From: Gammaproteobacteria bacterium | GTDB taxonomy: Bacteria; Pseudomonadota; Gammaproteobacteria; GCA-001735895 | Assembly: GCA_014382695.1 (NCBI GenBank) | Contig: JACNJF010000194.1 | Span: forward strand, 861-64,860 | Length of the DNA stretch: 64,000 nucleotides | Direction: 5' to 3' | Shown here: positions 29,475 to 38,134 of the stretch, piece after piece | Position numbering within the stretch: position 1 is the stretch's first letter | Layout: each line of letters opens with the position of its first letter | Position numbers and translations under genes: made by a program | The notes under the pieces: model-generated | The model's input: only the letters and a program-made list of their open reading frames with translations | The model's database searches: none | What the model was told of the DNA's origin: nothing

Positions 29475-31234
29475 GTTTAATAAGAAGAAAATTTGATGCC
29501 TTAATCATCGGCGCTGGCGGCGGCGGCTTACGCGCAGCGTTACAGCTTTCCCGCGCAGATGCCAACGTGGCCGTTGTTTCCAAAGTTTTCCCGACCCGTT
29601 CGCATACCGTTGCGGCGCAGGGTGGTGTGAATGCGGCGCTGGCGAATGTGCTGCCGGATAACTGGCACTGGCACATGTTTGATACCGTAAAGGGTAGCGA
29701 TTACCTGGGTGATCAGGACGCTATCGAGTATATGTGTCGAGTCGCACCGAAACTGGTGTATGAACTGGAACATTACGGGGTGCCTTTCTCACGCCTGGAT
29801 AACGGTAAGATTTATCAGCGTGCTTTCGGTGGGCAGAGTCAGAACTTTGGTGAAAAGCAGGCTGCCAGAACCTGTGCAGCGGCGGATCGAACCGGACATG
29901 CGATGCTGCATGCGCTGTATCAACAAAACATCCGTGCAAAAACCCATTTCTTTGATGAGTATTTTGCGACGGACATCATCAAGAACGAAGACGGTGTTGT
30001 ACTCGGTGCCATCATCGTCAGTATTCAAACCGGTGAAGCAATGCTGATCGAAGCCCGTACTACACTGCTGGCTACCGGCGGCGCTGGTCAGATTTACCGC
30101 ACCAATTCGAATGCATTGATCAATACTGGCGACGGTCTGGGTATGGTGTTAAGAGCCGATATTCCGTTGCAGGATATGGAATTTGTACAGTTTCACCCGA
30201 CTGGTATTGCCGGTATCGGCATGCTGATTACCGAAGGTTGTCGTGGCGAAGGTGGTTATCTGGTGAATGGCGATGGCGAACGCTTTATGGAGCGTTATGC
30301 ACCGAATGCCAAAGATCTGGCCAGTCGTGACGTGGTCAGTCGTTCTATCTTTCTTGAAGTGAAAGAGGGTAGAGGCTGCGGACCGGAAAAAGATTATGTG
30401 TTACTCAAACTGGATCATCTGGGTGCCGATACCATAATGAAACGCCTGCCGGGTATCCGTCAGTCCTGCATCACGTTCCTCGGTATAGACCCGATCAAAG
30501 AGCCGATTCCGGTTTATCCAACCTGTCATTATTTTATGGGTGGAATTCCGACCAACCGTAAGGGTGAAGTCGTGATGCCGGTTAAAGATACGCCGGAAGA
30601 AACCGTTCCCGGCCTGTATGCGGCGGGTGAATGTGCCTGCGTATCGGTGCATGGCGCGAACCGTCTGGGTGGCAACTCATTGCTCGATATCATTGTCTTT
30701 GGACGTGCTGCGGCGAATGAAATGATCAGCTATATGAAAGAAAACCAGTATCGCCTGCCGATGGATGAAAAAGCGGTGGAGAAGGCGATGGATCGTTTAC
30801 ATCGCTGGGATCGCAAGGGTAAGGGCGAAACCGTGGATGGACTGAAAGACGACCTGAAAAAAGTGATGGAGGATTACTGTGGCGTATACCGCACCCAGGA
30901 ATTACTCGATCAGGGTGTGATCGAAATGAAGAAAATTCGTGAACGCCTGCCGAATGTTTATATTGAAGACTTTTCCAGAACCTTCAATACGGCTCGTATA
31001 GAAGCCCTTGAGCTGGAAAATCTGGTCGATGTGGCGATGTGTACCGTAGTTGCTGCTGCCGCCAGACAGGAAAGTCGTGGAGCGCATTCACGTGTAGATT
31101 ATCCGGACCGGGATGATCAGAAGTGGATGAAACATAGCCTGTATTTCAAGAAAGATGACCGGATGGATTACAAACCCGTTCGCACCAAGCCATTGACGGT
31201 AGAATCATTTCCGCCTAAAGAACGCGTCTACTAG
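29471..31234 (+). CDS. sdhA: succinate dehydrogenase flavoprotein subunit
   Basis: FAD-binding GAGGAGLRAAL. Covalent-FAD His region (SHTVAAQGG). Catalytic HPTG, RLGGNSL. Confidence 0.96.
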   Translation: MSLIRRKFDALIIGAGGGGLRAALQLSRADANVAVVSKVFPTRSHTVAAQGGVNAALANVLPDNWHWHMFDTVKGSDYLGDQDAIEYMCRVAPKLVYELEHYGVPFSRLDNGKIYQRAFGGQSQNFGEKQAARTCAAADRTGHAMLHALYQQNIRAKTHFFDEYFATDIIKNEDGVVLGAIIVSIQTGEAMLIEARTTLLATGGAGQIYRTNSNALINTGDGLGMVLRADIPLQDMEFVQFHPTGIAGIGMLITEGCRGEGGYLVNGDGERFMERYAPNAKDLASRDVVSRSIFLEVKEGRGCGPEKDYVLLKLDHLGADTIMKRLPGIRQSCITFLGIDPIKEPIPVYPTCHYFMGGIPTNRKGEVVMPVKDTPEETVPGLYAAGECACVSVHGANRLGGNSLLDIIVFGRAAANEMISYMKENQYRLPMDEKAVEKAMDRLHRWDRKGKGETVDGLKDDLKKVMEDYCGVYRTQELLDQGVIEMKKIRERLPNVYIEDFSRTFNTARIEALELENLVDVAMCTVVAAAARQESRGAHSRVDYPDRDDQKWMKHSLYFKKDDRMDYKPVRTKPLTVESFPPKERVY

Positions 31235-31245
31235 GAGTCTGGGCC

Positions 31246-31941
31246 ATGAAATTCAATATTTTTAGATTTAATCCGGAAACCGATACAAAACCCTACATTC
31301 AGAGTTATGAATTACCGGGTGTGAATCCGGAAATGATGTTACTCGATGCTATTTTGACCCTGAAGAAAAAGGACCCGACACTTGGCTTTAGAAAGTCCTG
31401 TCGTGAAGGGGTGTGTGGTTCCGATGGGATGAATGTGAATGGGGTTAATCGTCTGGCCTGTGTAACGCGCCTGTCTGAATTGAGTGACCCGATTGAACTG
31501 CGTCCATTACCTGGATTGCCGGTTATTCGTGATCTGATCATCGATATGGAGCAGTTTTATAAGCAGTATCGCGCGGTTAAGCCGTATCTGATCGGCTCTG
31601 AACCAGAGCCTGAAGTGGAACGCCTGCAAACACCAAAGCAGCGCGAGTTACTGGATGGTCTGTATGAATGTATTCTGTGTGGCTGTTGCTCGACGGCCTG
31701 TCCGTCGTTCTGGTGGAACCCGGATAAATTCCTGGGTCCTGCAGCGCTGCTACAGGCGTCACGTTTTATCGAAGACAGTCGTGATGAAGCCACGGTTGAG
31801 CGTCTGGAACAGCTGGATGATGCTTACAAGCTATATCGTTGCCATACCATCATGAACTGTGTACAGGTTTGCCCGAAAGAGTTGAATCCAACCAAAGCTA
31901 TCGGTCGAATCAAAGAACGCATGGTACAGAAAAAACTATAG
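31246..31941 (+). CDS. sdhB: succinate dehydrogenase iron-sulfur subunit
   Basis: 2Fe-2S (CREGVCGSDGMNVNG), 4Fe-4S (CILCGCCSTACPS) and 3Fe-4S (CHTIMNCVQVCP) cysteine clusters. Confidence 0.96.
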   Translation: MKFNIFRFNPETDTKPYIQSYELPGVNPEMMLLDAILTLKKKDPTLGFRKSCREGVCGSDGMNVNGVNRLACVTRLSELSDPIELRPLPGLPVIRDLIIDMEQFYKQYRAVKPYLIGSEPEPEVERLQTPKQRELLDGLYECILCGCCSTACPSFWWNPDKFLGPAALLQASRFIEDSRDEATVERLEQLDDAYKLYRCHTIMNCVQVCPKELNPTKAIGRIKERMVQKKL

Positions 31942-32196
31942 ATGAAAAAAAAATACGAAACACTGTCTGAGTTAAGATGGCAGTGCCGTCGTGGCATGCT
32001 GGAGCTGGATGTATTTCTACAGAAATTCGTCCAGCATGGCTATAGCAAACTGAATGAACAGGAACGCCAGGATTTCTATGAACTGCTGGAATATCCTGAT
32101 CAGGAGTTACTGGAACTATTATTAGCCCAGGTCTCATCAACGGAGCAGCATATCAATGACATCGCCGGCAAAATCCGACAATGTGCTGCGCTATAA
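31942..32196 (+). CDS. sdhE: FAD assembly factor SdhE (YgfY/CptB family)
   Basis: RWQCRRGMLELDVFL matches the SdhE R-G-x-x-E motif. 84 aa. Start directly abuts the sdhB stop. Confidence 0.85.
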   Translation: MKKKYETLSELRWQCRRGMLELDVFLQKFVQHGYSKLNEQERQDFYELLEYPDQELLELLLAQVSSTEQHINDIAGKIRQCAAL

Positions 32197-32599
32197 ACTT
32201 CGTTATTCTCGATTCCTGTTTAAACTCGAAGTCCTAACTTCGCTAATACTTCTGGCCAGCCTGCTGGCCGGTCGCTTCGACCTCTGGCTGTTGCCGGCAC
32301 TCTGTATTTATCTGCTACTCATCTTCATTTTTTTTGCAAAATACTCCATTATCCGACAGTTTGGATCGCACTCTGCCGTTGAATTCAGATCTTCACCGGA
32401 GCGCCTGATCTGGTATGATCAAAACACCGAAACCGATTTTCTACAGGAAGAAATAGACGTTATAATAACTCGGTGGTTTGTGCTGTTAAAACTGGGAAAA
32501 AGACCCAATCAAATGAATCGGGTAATGCTAAAGGATAGCTTCGATGATATGAACCACTACTCCAGTTTTAGAAGGCAAATATTACTTAAGCTCAGGTGA
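32183..32599 (+). CDS. ygfX: YgfX/CptA-family inner-membrane protein
   Basis: Two TM helices, then a C-terminal region matching E. coli YgfX (L.LG.R..Q..N...L.DS.D...). Probable GTG start overlapping the sdhE stop. The ORF track gives 32156. Confidence 0.65.
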   Translation: MLRYKLRYSRFLFKLEVLTSLILLASLLAGRFDLWLLPALCIYLLLIFIFFAKYSIIRQFGSHSAVEFRSSPERLIWYDQNTETDFLQEEIDVIITRWFVLLKLGKRPNQMNRVMLKDSFDDMNHYSSFRRQILLKLR

Positions 32600-33072
32600 A
32601 TTTACGCATGCTCGCTGATTTTGGATCGATCAATTCTGCTCACATAGTTAAGCCGAAAACCTTTTCGGGCCTGATGGATGTTTACGAACAGAACTATATC
32701 CGACTAAAAAAAATTGTCCCTGATCTTGGCATCGCTGATGAAATGATTTCAGTGACACCGGGCCATCTTGATCTTTATCTTTCGGTTAGCATGCGCTGCA
32801 AATTCACCACCATGTTACGCCTGACCTACCGCTTTCATGACGCGGATAAAGTAATCTGCCAGCCGGATATGCATATCCGTATTTACCATGATGCCCGGAT
32901 CGCAGAGGTTCAGGATCGTCTCGATAGAAAACGGCATCGAATCTACAGTGGGAATAGTCTGCAGCAAAAATGGCATCTCAACCGTTTTCTTTATAAATGG
33001 CTGGGTTACTGTATTTATCAGGGCCATTATTTCCATCCAGTGTCAAATTTGAAGCAATTTTCAAAGTTGTAG
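32596..33072 (+). CDS. DUF1249 (YqiB-like) protein
   Basis: 158 aa. 4-nt overlap with ygfX. Conserved DUF1249-like features (PDLGIADEMISV..., YHDARIAEV). Confidence 0.65.
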   Translation: MNLRMLADFGSINSAHIVKPKTFSGLMDVYEQNYIRLKKIVPDLGIADEMISVTPGHLDLYLSVSMRCKFTTMLRLTYRFHDADKVICQPDMHIRIYHDARIAEVQDRLDRKRHRIYSGNSLQQKWHLNRFLYKWLGYCIYQGHYFHPVSNLKQFSKL

Positions 33073-33151
33073 TTAATTCTAGATAAGCTCTGTAAGTGTC
33101 TGTAAATTAATAAAATATAGCCGATAAAGTTATTGTCAATATAATTAGGCC

Positions 33152-33203
33152 TTGACGTAAACCTGAGCTTCAGATAAATTCCTGACTAAATTAGTCGGGA
33201 ATT
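33152..33203 (+). promoter_or_regulatory. iscR promoter (-35 TTGACG, 16 bp spacer, -10 ATAAAT) with an overlapping type-1 IscR box (attcCTGACTaaattAGTCGGgaat)
   Basis: Hexamers read directly. Near-perfect palindrome resembling the E. coli type-1 IscR site (ATAsyyGACTrwwwyAGTCrrsTAT), located 13-38 nt upstream of the iscR ATG. Confidence 0.55.
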
Positions 33204-33215
33204 AAGAGGAAGCAC

Positions 33216-33686
33216 ATGAAACTATCAACAAAAGGTCGTTATGCGGTAACTGCGATGATGGATATTGCACTTCACGAAAAAGTAGGTCCTGTTACTTTGG
33301 CCGATATCTCTCAATGTCAGGGCATTTCACTGTCCTACCTGGAACAGTTGTTTTCTAAATTACGTAATAATGGACTGGTGAAAGGTGTCAGAGGTCCTGG
33401 CGGTGGCTATAGACTAGCCAAACCGGCGCATCAAATCTCTGTTGCCGATATCATCGATTCTGTCGATGAAAAGCTGGATCTGACTAAATGTGGTGGTAAG
33501 GGTAATTGTAACAAGGGTGAAAAGTGTTTAACCCACAAACTCTGGTATGACCTGACCTGTGATTTGCATCGTTATCTGGGCGGTATCAAGCTCGATCAAT
33601 ACGTTAACCGTCCTCAGATCAGTGAATTAGTTAAAAAACAGGATGTACAATACGGCAGATTTTTGAATCGCCGTTCGGCAGCCTGA
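33216..33686 (+). CDS. iscR: Fe-S cluster assembly transcriptional regulator IscR (Rrf2 family)
   Basis: MKLSTKGRYAVTAMMDIAL wHTH. Three-Cys cluster ligands (CGGKGNCNKGEKC). Confidence 0.95.
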   Translation: MKLSTKGRYAVTAMMDIALHEKVGPVTLADISQCQGISLSYLEQLFSKLRNNGLVKGVRGPGGGYRLAKPAHQISVADIIDSVDEKLDLTKCGGKGNCNKGEKCLTHKLWYDLTCDLHRYLGGIKLDQYVNRPQISELVKKQDVQYGRFLNRRSAA

Positions 33687-33734
33687 AGGTTGCGATTTAT
33701 AAACCCAATTTAATGATAAAGCTAAAGAGTATTA

Positions 33735-34961
33735 TTGATGAGTAATTTAAGACTTCCAATTTATCTGGATTACAGTGCTACAACGCCAATTGATCAGCGC
33801 GTCGCTGCTAAAATGGCAGAATATCTGACTATAGAGGGTCAGTTTGGTAACCCTGCCTCGCGCAGTCATGCGTTTGGCTGGAAAGCAGAAGAAGCGGTAG
33901 AGCTTGCCCGTAAGCAGGTTGCTGAGCTGGTGAATGCCGATCCACGTGAAATTATCTGGACCAGTGGAGCCACCGAGTCTGATAATCTGGCGATTAAGGG
34001 TGCTGCACACTTTTATAAGAAAAAAGGTAACCATATCATTACTGTTAAAACCGAGCATAAAGCGGTTTTAGATACCACCAGACAACTGGAACGAGAAGGT
34101 TTCGAAGTTACTTATCTGACCCCGGAAGACAATGGCTTGCTGGATCTGGAAAAGCTCAGGGCTGCAATGCGTGATAGCACGATCATTGTTTCTGTGATGC
34201 ATGTTAATAATGAAATCGGTGTGATTCAGGATATCGCCACTATTGGTGAAATATGCCGCGAAAAAGGGATTATTTTTCATGTCGATGCAGCGCAGTCACC
34301 CGGCAAGGTGACGATCGATCTGGCTGAATTGAAGGTTGATCTGATGTCGTTTTCCGGTCATAAGATTTATGGACCAAAAGGTATTGGCGCCCTGTATGTG
34401 AGGCGCAAGCCACGCATCCGTCTGGAAGCCCAGATGCATGGTGGTGGACATGAACGAGGATTGCGCTCTGGAACACTGGCTACCCATCAAATCGTCGGTA
34501 TGGGTGAAGCGTTCCGAATCGCCAAGGAAGAGATGGCGACCGAAAATGAGCGTATCCGTATGCTACGTGATCGGCTGTATAACGGCCTTAACGATATGGA
34601 AGAGGTTTACCTGAATGGTGATCTGGAGCATCGTATTGCCGGCAATCTGAATATCAGTTTTAATTTTGTGGAAGGCGAGTCGCTGATTATGGCTTTACGT
34701 GATCTTGCGGTTTCATCAGGCTCTGCCTGTACTTCTGCCAGTCTGGAGCCATCCTATGTGCTGAGAGCATTAGGACGTAACGATGAGCTGGCGCATAGTT
34801 CCATCCGCTTTACGCTGGGACGCTATACGACGGTTGAAGAAGTGGATTACACCATTGAGCTGGTGAGAAAGGCAGTGACCAAGCTGCGAGAGCTTTCACC
34901 CCTGTGGGATATGTATAAGGCAGGTATAGATTTAAACTCCGTTGAATGGGTTGCCCATTAA
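33735..34961 (+). CDS. iscS: cysteine desulfurase IscS
   Basis: >75% apparent identity to E. coli IscS over the full length ([12 protein letters not shown]...[21 protein letters not shown]). The start could be the second ATG at 33738. Confidence 0.97.
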   Translation: MMSNLRLPIYLDYSATTPIDQRVAAKMAEYLTIEGQFGNPASRSHAFGWKAEEAVELARKQVAELVNADPREIIWTSGATESDNLAIKGAAHFYKKKGNHIITVKTEHKAVLDTTRQLEREGFEVTYLTPEDNGLLDLEKLRAAMRDSTIIVSVMHVNNEIGVIQDIATIGEICREKGIIFHVDAAQSPGKVTIDLAELKVDLMSFSGHKIYGPKGIGALYVRRKPRIRLEAQMHGGGHERGLRSGTLATHQIVGMGEAFRIAKEEMATENERIRMLRDRLYNGLNDMEEVYLNGDLEHRIAGNLNISFNFVEGESLIMALRDLAVSSGSACTSASLEPSYVLRALGRNDELAHSSIRFTLGRYTTVEEVDYTIELVRKAVTKLRELSPLWDMYKAGIDLNSVEWVAH

Positions 34962-34985
34962 CGCAAAACTATTGAGGTAATCGAA

Positions 34986-35363
34986 ATGGCATATAGTGAA
35001 AAAGTACTGGATCATTATGAGAATCCGCGCAACGTCGGCGTAATCGATGAAGATGACAGTGTAGGCACCGGTATGGTTGGTGCTCCTGCCTGTGGTGATG
35101 TGATGAAGCTACAGATCAAGGTTAGTAAAGATGGCATTATTGAAGATGCTAAATTTAAAACCTATGGCTGTGGTTCAGCGATTGCATCCAGCTCGCTGGT
35201 AACCGAATGGGTAAAGGGTAAAACCCTGGATCAGGCGGCAGAAATCAAAAATACCCATATTGCTGAAGAGCTGGCCTTACCACCGGTTAAGATCCATTGC
35301 TCGGTACTGGCAGAAGATGCGATTGCTGCTGCAATCTCCAACTACCGACAGAAACATCAGTAA
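34986..35363 (+). CDS. iscU: Fe-S cluster scaffold IscU
   Basis: MAYSEKVLDHYENPRNVG ... GAPACGDVMKLQIKV ... YGCGSAIASSS ... LPPVKIHCS, nearly identical to E. coli IscU. Confidence 0.97.
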   Translation: MAYSEKVLDHYENPRNVGVIDEDDSVGTGMVGAPACGDVMKLQIKVSKDGIIEDAKFKTYGCGSAIASSSLVTEWVKGKTLDQAAEIKNTHIAEELALPPVKIHCSVLAEDAIAAAISNYRQKHQ

Positions 35364-35376
35364 ATGTGAGACAGAA

Positions 35377-35403
35377 AAAGCCTGCGTAAGCAGGCTTTTT
35401 TTT
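35377..35403 (+). terminator. rho-independent terminator after iscU (aaagcctgc-gtaa-gcaggctttttttt)
   Basis: 9-bp GC-rich stem, GNRA-like loop and T8 run, 14 nt after the iscU stop. Confidence 0.8.
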
Positions 35404-35414
35404 GAGCTGAATCC

Positions 35415-35606
35415 ATGCTAACGAACAACTTGCCGAACTGGGCCAGATGGATTGCGATGGATGAAGATGGTTGCTGGTGGTGTTATGAAGCCGAACCGCA
35501 GCAGCATGATCGTGGGTGGTATGAGAATGAAGTGGGGCGAACTCAGCGTTTAAAATTAATACGCCAGACAGACTGGCAACATAGTCTGCAAAAAGTGCCT
35601 GGCTAA
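35415..35606 (+). CDS. possible small Trp-rich protein (63 aa, 8 Trp)
   Basis: ORF directly after the iscU terminator. W-rich composition (NWARWIAMDEDGCWWCYE...GWYENE). No clear ribosome-binding site, so confidence is low. Confidence 0.3.
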   Translation: MLTNNLPNWARWIAMDEDGCWWCYEAEPQQHDRGWYENEVGRTQRLKLIRQTDWQHSLQKVPG

Positions 35607-35611
35607 AACGG

Positions 35612-36166
35612 TTAGAGTGTAGTGTTTCCTGCGGGCCCGATATTCATTCCTATCGACAGTCGATAGTGCTCGGATCTGTTTTCAGTGACACGATGGGGAG
35701 TCGCGGGGTCAAAAAAGATGAAATTCCCGCTAACTGGTTTGATGACGATGCTCTGTTCTGGTGTTTCGAGTACCAGGTCACCCGAATTTTCAGGCACCGA
35801 CAGATAGATAACCCCGGAAATTAATTCGTCAAAATCATCATGTCGATGCAGTGTTGTGACATGCCCGGGTTGCATCAGGTTGAACCAGTAGCCGATCTTT
35901 AACTCATCTGTGCACATGCCAAGTAGTTCTGCACAGTAGCCCAGGCTTTCTTCGAGTAGCCTTTCTAAATCGGTATTTTGAATGGTTTTCAGATAGATAT
36001 TTTCAAACCGTTGATGAAAATAATGGGTCTTTTTGAGGTTATTAGCATTCTGCTCCAGCTGTTGCTGCAGGTAGCGATCGATAGCACTAAGCTGGGAGGC
36101 GCTTAACTGGCTGATTCGCCGGATATAGGGGGTTTGGCTAAATAATCTCGGTGTGACGAGTGACAC
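35612..36166 (-). CDS. putative 2OG-Fe(II) oxygenase-like cupin protein (TIGR02466-like conserved hypothetical)
   Basis: H-x-D ... H pattern (TLHRHDD ... PHRV) on a predicted double-stranded beta-helix. 184 aa. Confidence 0.5.
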   Translation of the reverse strand: MSLVTPRLFSQTPYIRRISQLSASQLSAIDRYLQQQLEQNANNLKKTHYFHQRFENIYLKTIQNTDLERLLEESLGYCAELLGMCTDELKIGYWFNLMQPGHVTTLHRHDDFDELISGVIYLSVPENSGDLVLETPEQSIVIKPVSGNFIFFDPATPHRVTENRSEHYRLSIGMNIGPAGNTTL

Positions 36167-36239
36167 GACAGTATCAAAGGTAGAGTACGGATAAATAAAT
36201 GCGGGTCAGAGTTTTCTGGCCCGCATTGTGTCGACCCGA

Positions 36240-36431
36240 TTACTTCCAGTTTTCGAAGTTATCCGTTGATTTTTCCTGACCATCTTCGTAACCAGCAGAA
36301 TAGGCATCGTTAACCTGTTGCTCTTCTCTTTCCGGATGACCCAGGTAACCACCCTGCCAGCCGATTATGTATTGTTCCTGTAAACCCATTTCTTCCATTT
36401 TAGTCGTTGCATCACGATAAGCTTGATCCAT
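36240..36431 (-). CDS. hypothetical small acidic protein (63 aa)
   Basis: Intact ORF with GGAG ribosome-binding site (gaggagaatgttatg on the minus strand). Acidic, Tyr/Gly-rich. Confidence 0.4.
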   Translation of the reverse strand: MDQAYRDATTKMEEMGLQEQYIIGWQGGYLGHPEREEQQVNDAYSAGYEDGQEKSTDNFENWK

Positions 36432-36656
36432 AACATTCTCCTCAAATTCAGACGATAAAAAAAGATTATTTGGCGCTGTAGCGCACTCGTAAGAATTGCC
36501 ACAGGCCGAAAAATGTGAGTATTTTACTAGAAAAAACGCAGTTTATAATATCTCTATTGGGAGTATGCGTGGATTTACGTCCCATCAGGGATATTCGAAT
36601 AATAATGAATAATGATTATTATTATCAACAGTTTATTTATCAGGAGTATATATTTG

Positions 36657-37082
36657 ATGACTACCGATGCTGATATGAATTTTATTAGTGGTATGTCGGC
36701 CTTTGAATCTAAAGAGTTCATCCGCGCCGTACAGTTTTTACTACCCTTTGCCGAAAAAGGTGACCCGGATGCCCAGCACCGTGTTGCTATCATGTACCAA
36801 AATGGTCTGGGCATGGTGAAAAAGGAAGCACTGGCTTTCAAGTGGATGAAAGCGGCCGCTGACCAGGGCCATGCGGTTGCACAGCATGGACTCGGGTTTA
36901 TGTATATGGATGGCGATTGTGTTGAAAAGGATGGCGCCAAAGCGGTTGAATGGTTTAGCAAGGCTGCCGATCAGGGGCTGGTCGGCTCGATGACGACACT
37001 TGCCATGATGTATGAATCTGGTGATGGGATTGAGAAAGACCCAGAGAAAGCAAAAGAACTTTACGCGAAGGCGGGGTTTTAA
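36657..37082 (+). CDS. Sel1-repeat (TPR-like) protein
   Basis: Three to four tandem Sel1 repeats (A.....G.G......A..W..KAA.QG...AQ..LG.MY..G). AGGAG ribosome-binding site 10 nt before this ATG. The ORF track's longer start at 36612 lies in an AT-rich promoter-like tract. Stop overlaps the next gene's ATG (TAATG). Confidence 0.8.
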   Translation: MTTDADMNFISGMSAFESKEFIRAVQFLLPFAEKGDPDAQHRVAIMYQNGLGMVKKEALAFKWMKAAADQGHAVAQHGLGFMYMDGDCVEKDGAKAVEWFSKAADQGLVGSMTTLAMMYESGDGIEKDPEKAKELYAKAGF

Positions 37083-38125
37083 TGCGTCCTGCGTTTTTGT
37101 CCAAAGTTCTGGAAGAAGAACTACTGGGAACGCTTAAAGGTCATCACACACCGGTGATGGTATGGGGCCCGCCAGGGGTTGGCAAATCACAGATCGTGCT
37201 GCAGATTGGGCAAACCCATAAGCTGCCGGTGATCGATATCCGGCTATCTCAGATGGAACCGAGCGATTTGCGCGGTATCCCGTTTAAACAGGGCAGTAAG
37301 GTTGAATGGGCGGTACCTTCGATGTTGCCCGATGCTAAAACCCATGGCAGTTCAGGCATTCTGTTTCTGGATGAAATAAATTCGGCAGCCCCTTCGGTGT
37401 CAGCAGCGGCCTATCAGCTTATCCTGGATCGCCGACTGGGGAACTATGAAGTACCGCAGGGCTGGGCCATCTTTGCTGCCGGCAACCGACAGGGCGATCG
37501 TGGAGTGACCTATGCGATGCCTGCACCACTGGCGAATCGCTTCTCACATTATGAAATCGATCTGCATCTGGATGACTGGGTGGCCTGGGCCTATAAAAAC
37601 GGTATCGATGAACGCATCATCGGTTTTTTACGTTTTCGCCCGGAGTTACTGTTTGATTTTGATCCGGCGCACAACCCGGTCGCTTTTCCATCACCGCGTT
37701 CCTGGGAGTTTGCTCATCGCGCATTACAAAAATTTATCGATTACCCGAATCTGTTGCTGGGTTCGTTACAGGCCTGTGTTGGTCCTGCGGCAGGAATCGA
37801 ATGTCATGCGTTTATTGAAAGTCTGGATCAAATGCCGGATCTGGATAAGATTATCAATGGTGAAGACATCAAGGCACCGGATGAAATCGACCTGCAATAT
37901 GCAGTGGCTTCTGCACTGGTAGGCCGTGCGATTCGTGCTCAGTCGAGCGCGCAGTCGGCGACTATCTATGGCAATATCCTTAACTATGCGGGTCGTTTTC
38001 CGCAGCGTGAAATGGGTGTAATGCTGGTATCGGATATGCATCGGGCGATTGGTAATGATCTGTTTGAACTGACCGAATTTGCCAGCTGGGCCGATTCTAT
38101 TGCCGATCTGATTCTGTACGACTGA
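37082..38125 (+). CDS. MoxR/AAA_5-type AAA+ ATPase
   Basis: Walker A GPPGVGKS, Walker B ILFLDEIN, sensor/arginine-finger region AAGNRQGDRG...LANRF. Translationally coupled to the upstream (TAATG) and downstream (9-nt gap) genes. Confidence 0.85.
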   Translation: MRPAFLSKVLEEELLGTLKGHHTPVMVWGPPGVGKSQIVLQIGQTHKLPVIDIRLSQMEPSDLRGIPFKQGSKVEWAVPSMLPDAKTHGSSGILFLDEINSAAPSVSAAAYQLILDRRLGNYEVPQGWAIFAAGNRQGDRGVTYAMPAPLANRFSHYEIDLHLDDWVAWAYKNGIDERIIGFLRFRPELLFDFDPAHNPVAFPSPRSWEFAHRALQKFIDYPNLLLGSLQACVGPAAGIECHAFIESLDQMPDLDKIINGEDIKAPDEIDLQYAVASALVGRAIRAQSSAQSATIYGNILNYAGRFPQREMGVMLVSDMHRAIGNDLFELTEFASWADSIADLILYD

Positions 38126-38134
38126 TGACGGTTC

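Noticed and set aside
35363-35620. Possibility that iscA-hscBA-fdx loss reflects a misassembly or pseudogenisation
   Set aside because: A clean, strong intrinsic terminator follows iscU, and downstream ORFs are intact and unrelated. This is consistent with a genuine short iscRSU operon rather than a truncated locus.
36612-36656. Upstream in-frame ATG extending the Sel1 protein by 15 residues (MIIIINSLFIRSIYL)
   Set aside because: The extension lies in an AT-rich promoter-like tract and has no ribosome-binding site. The downstream ATG has a canonical AGGAG at optimal spacing.
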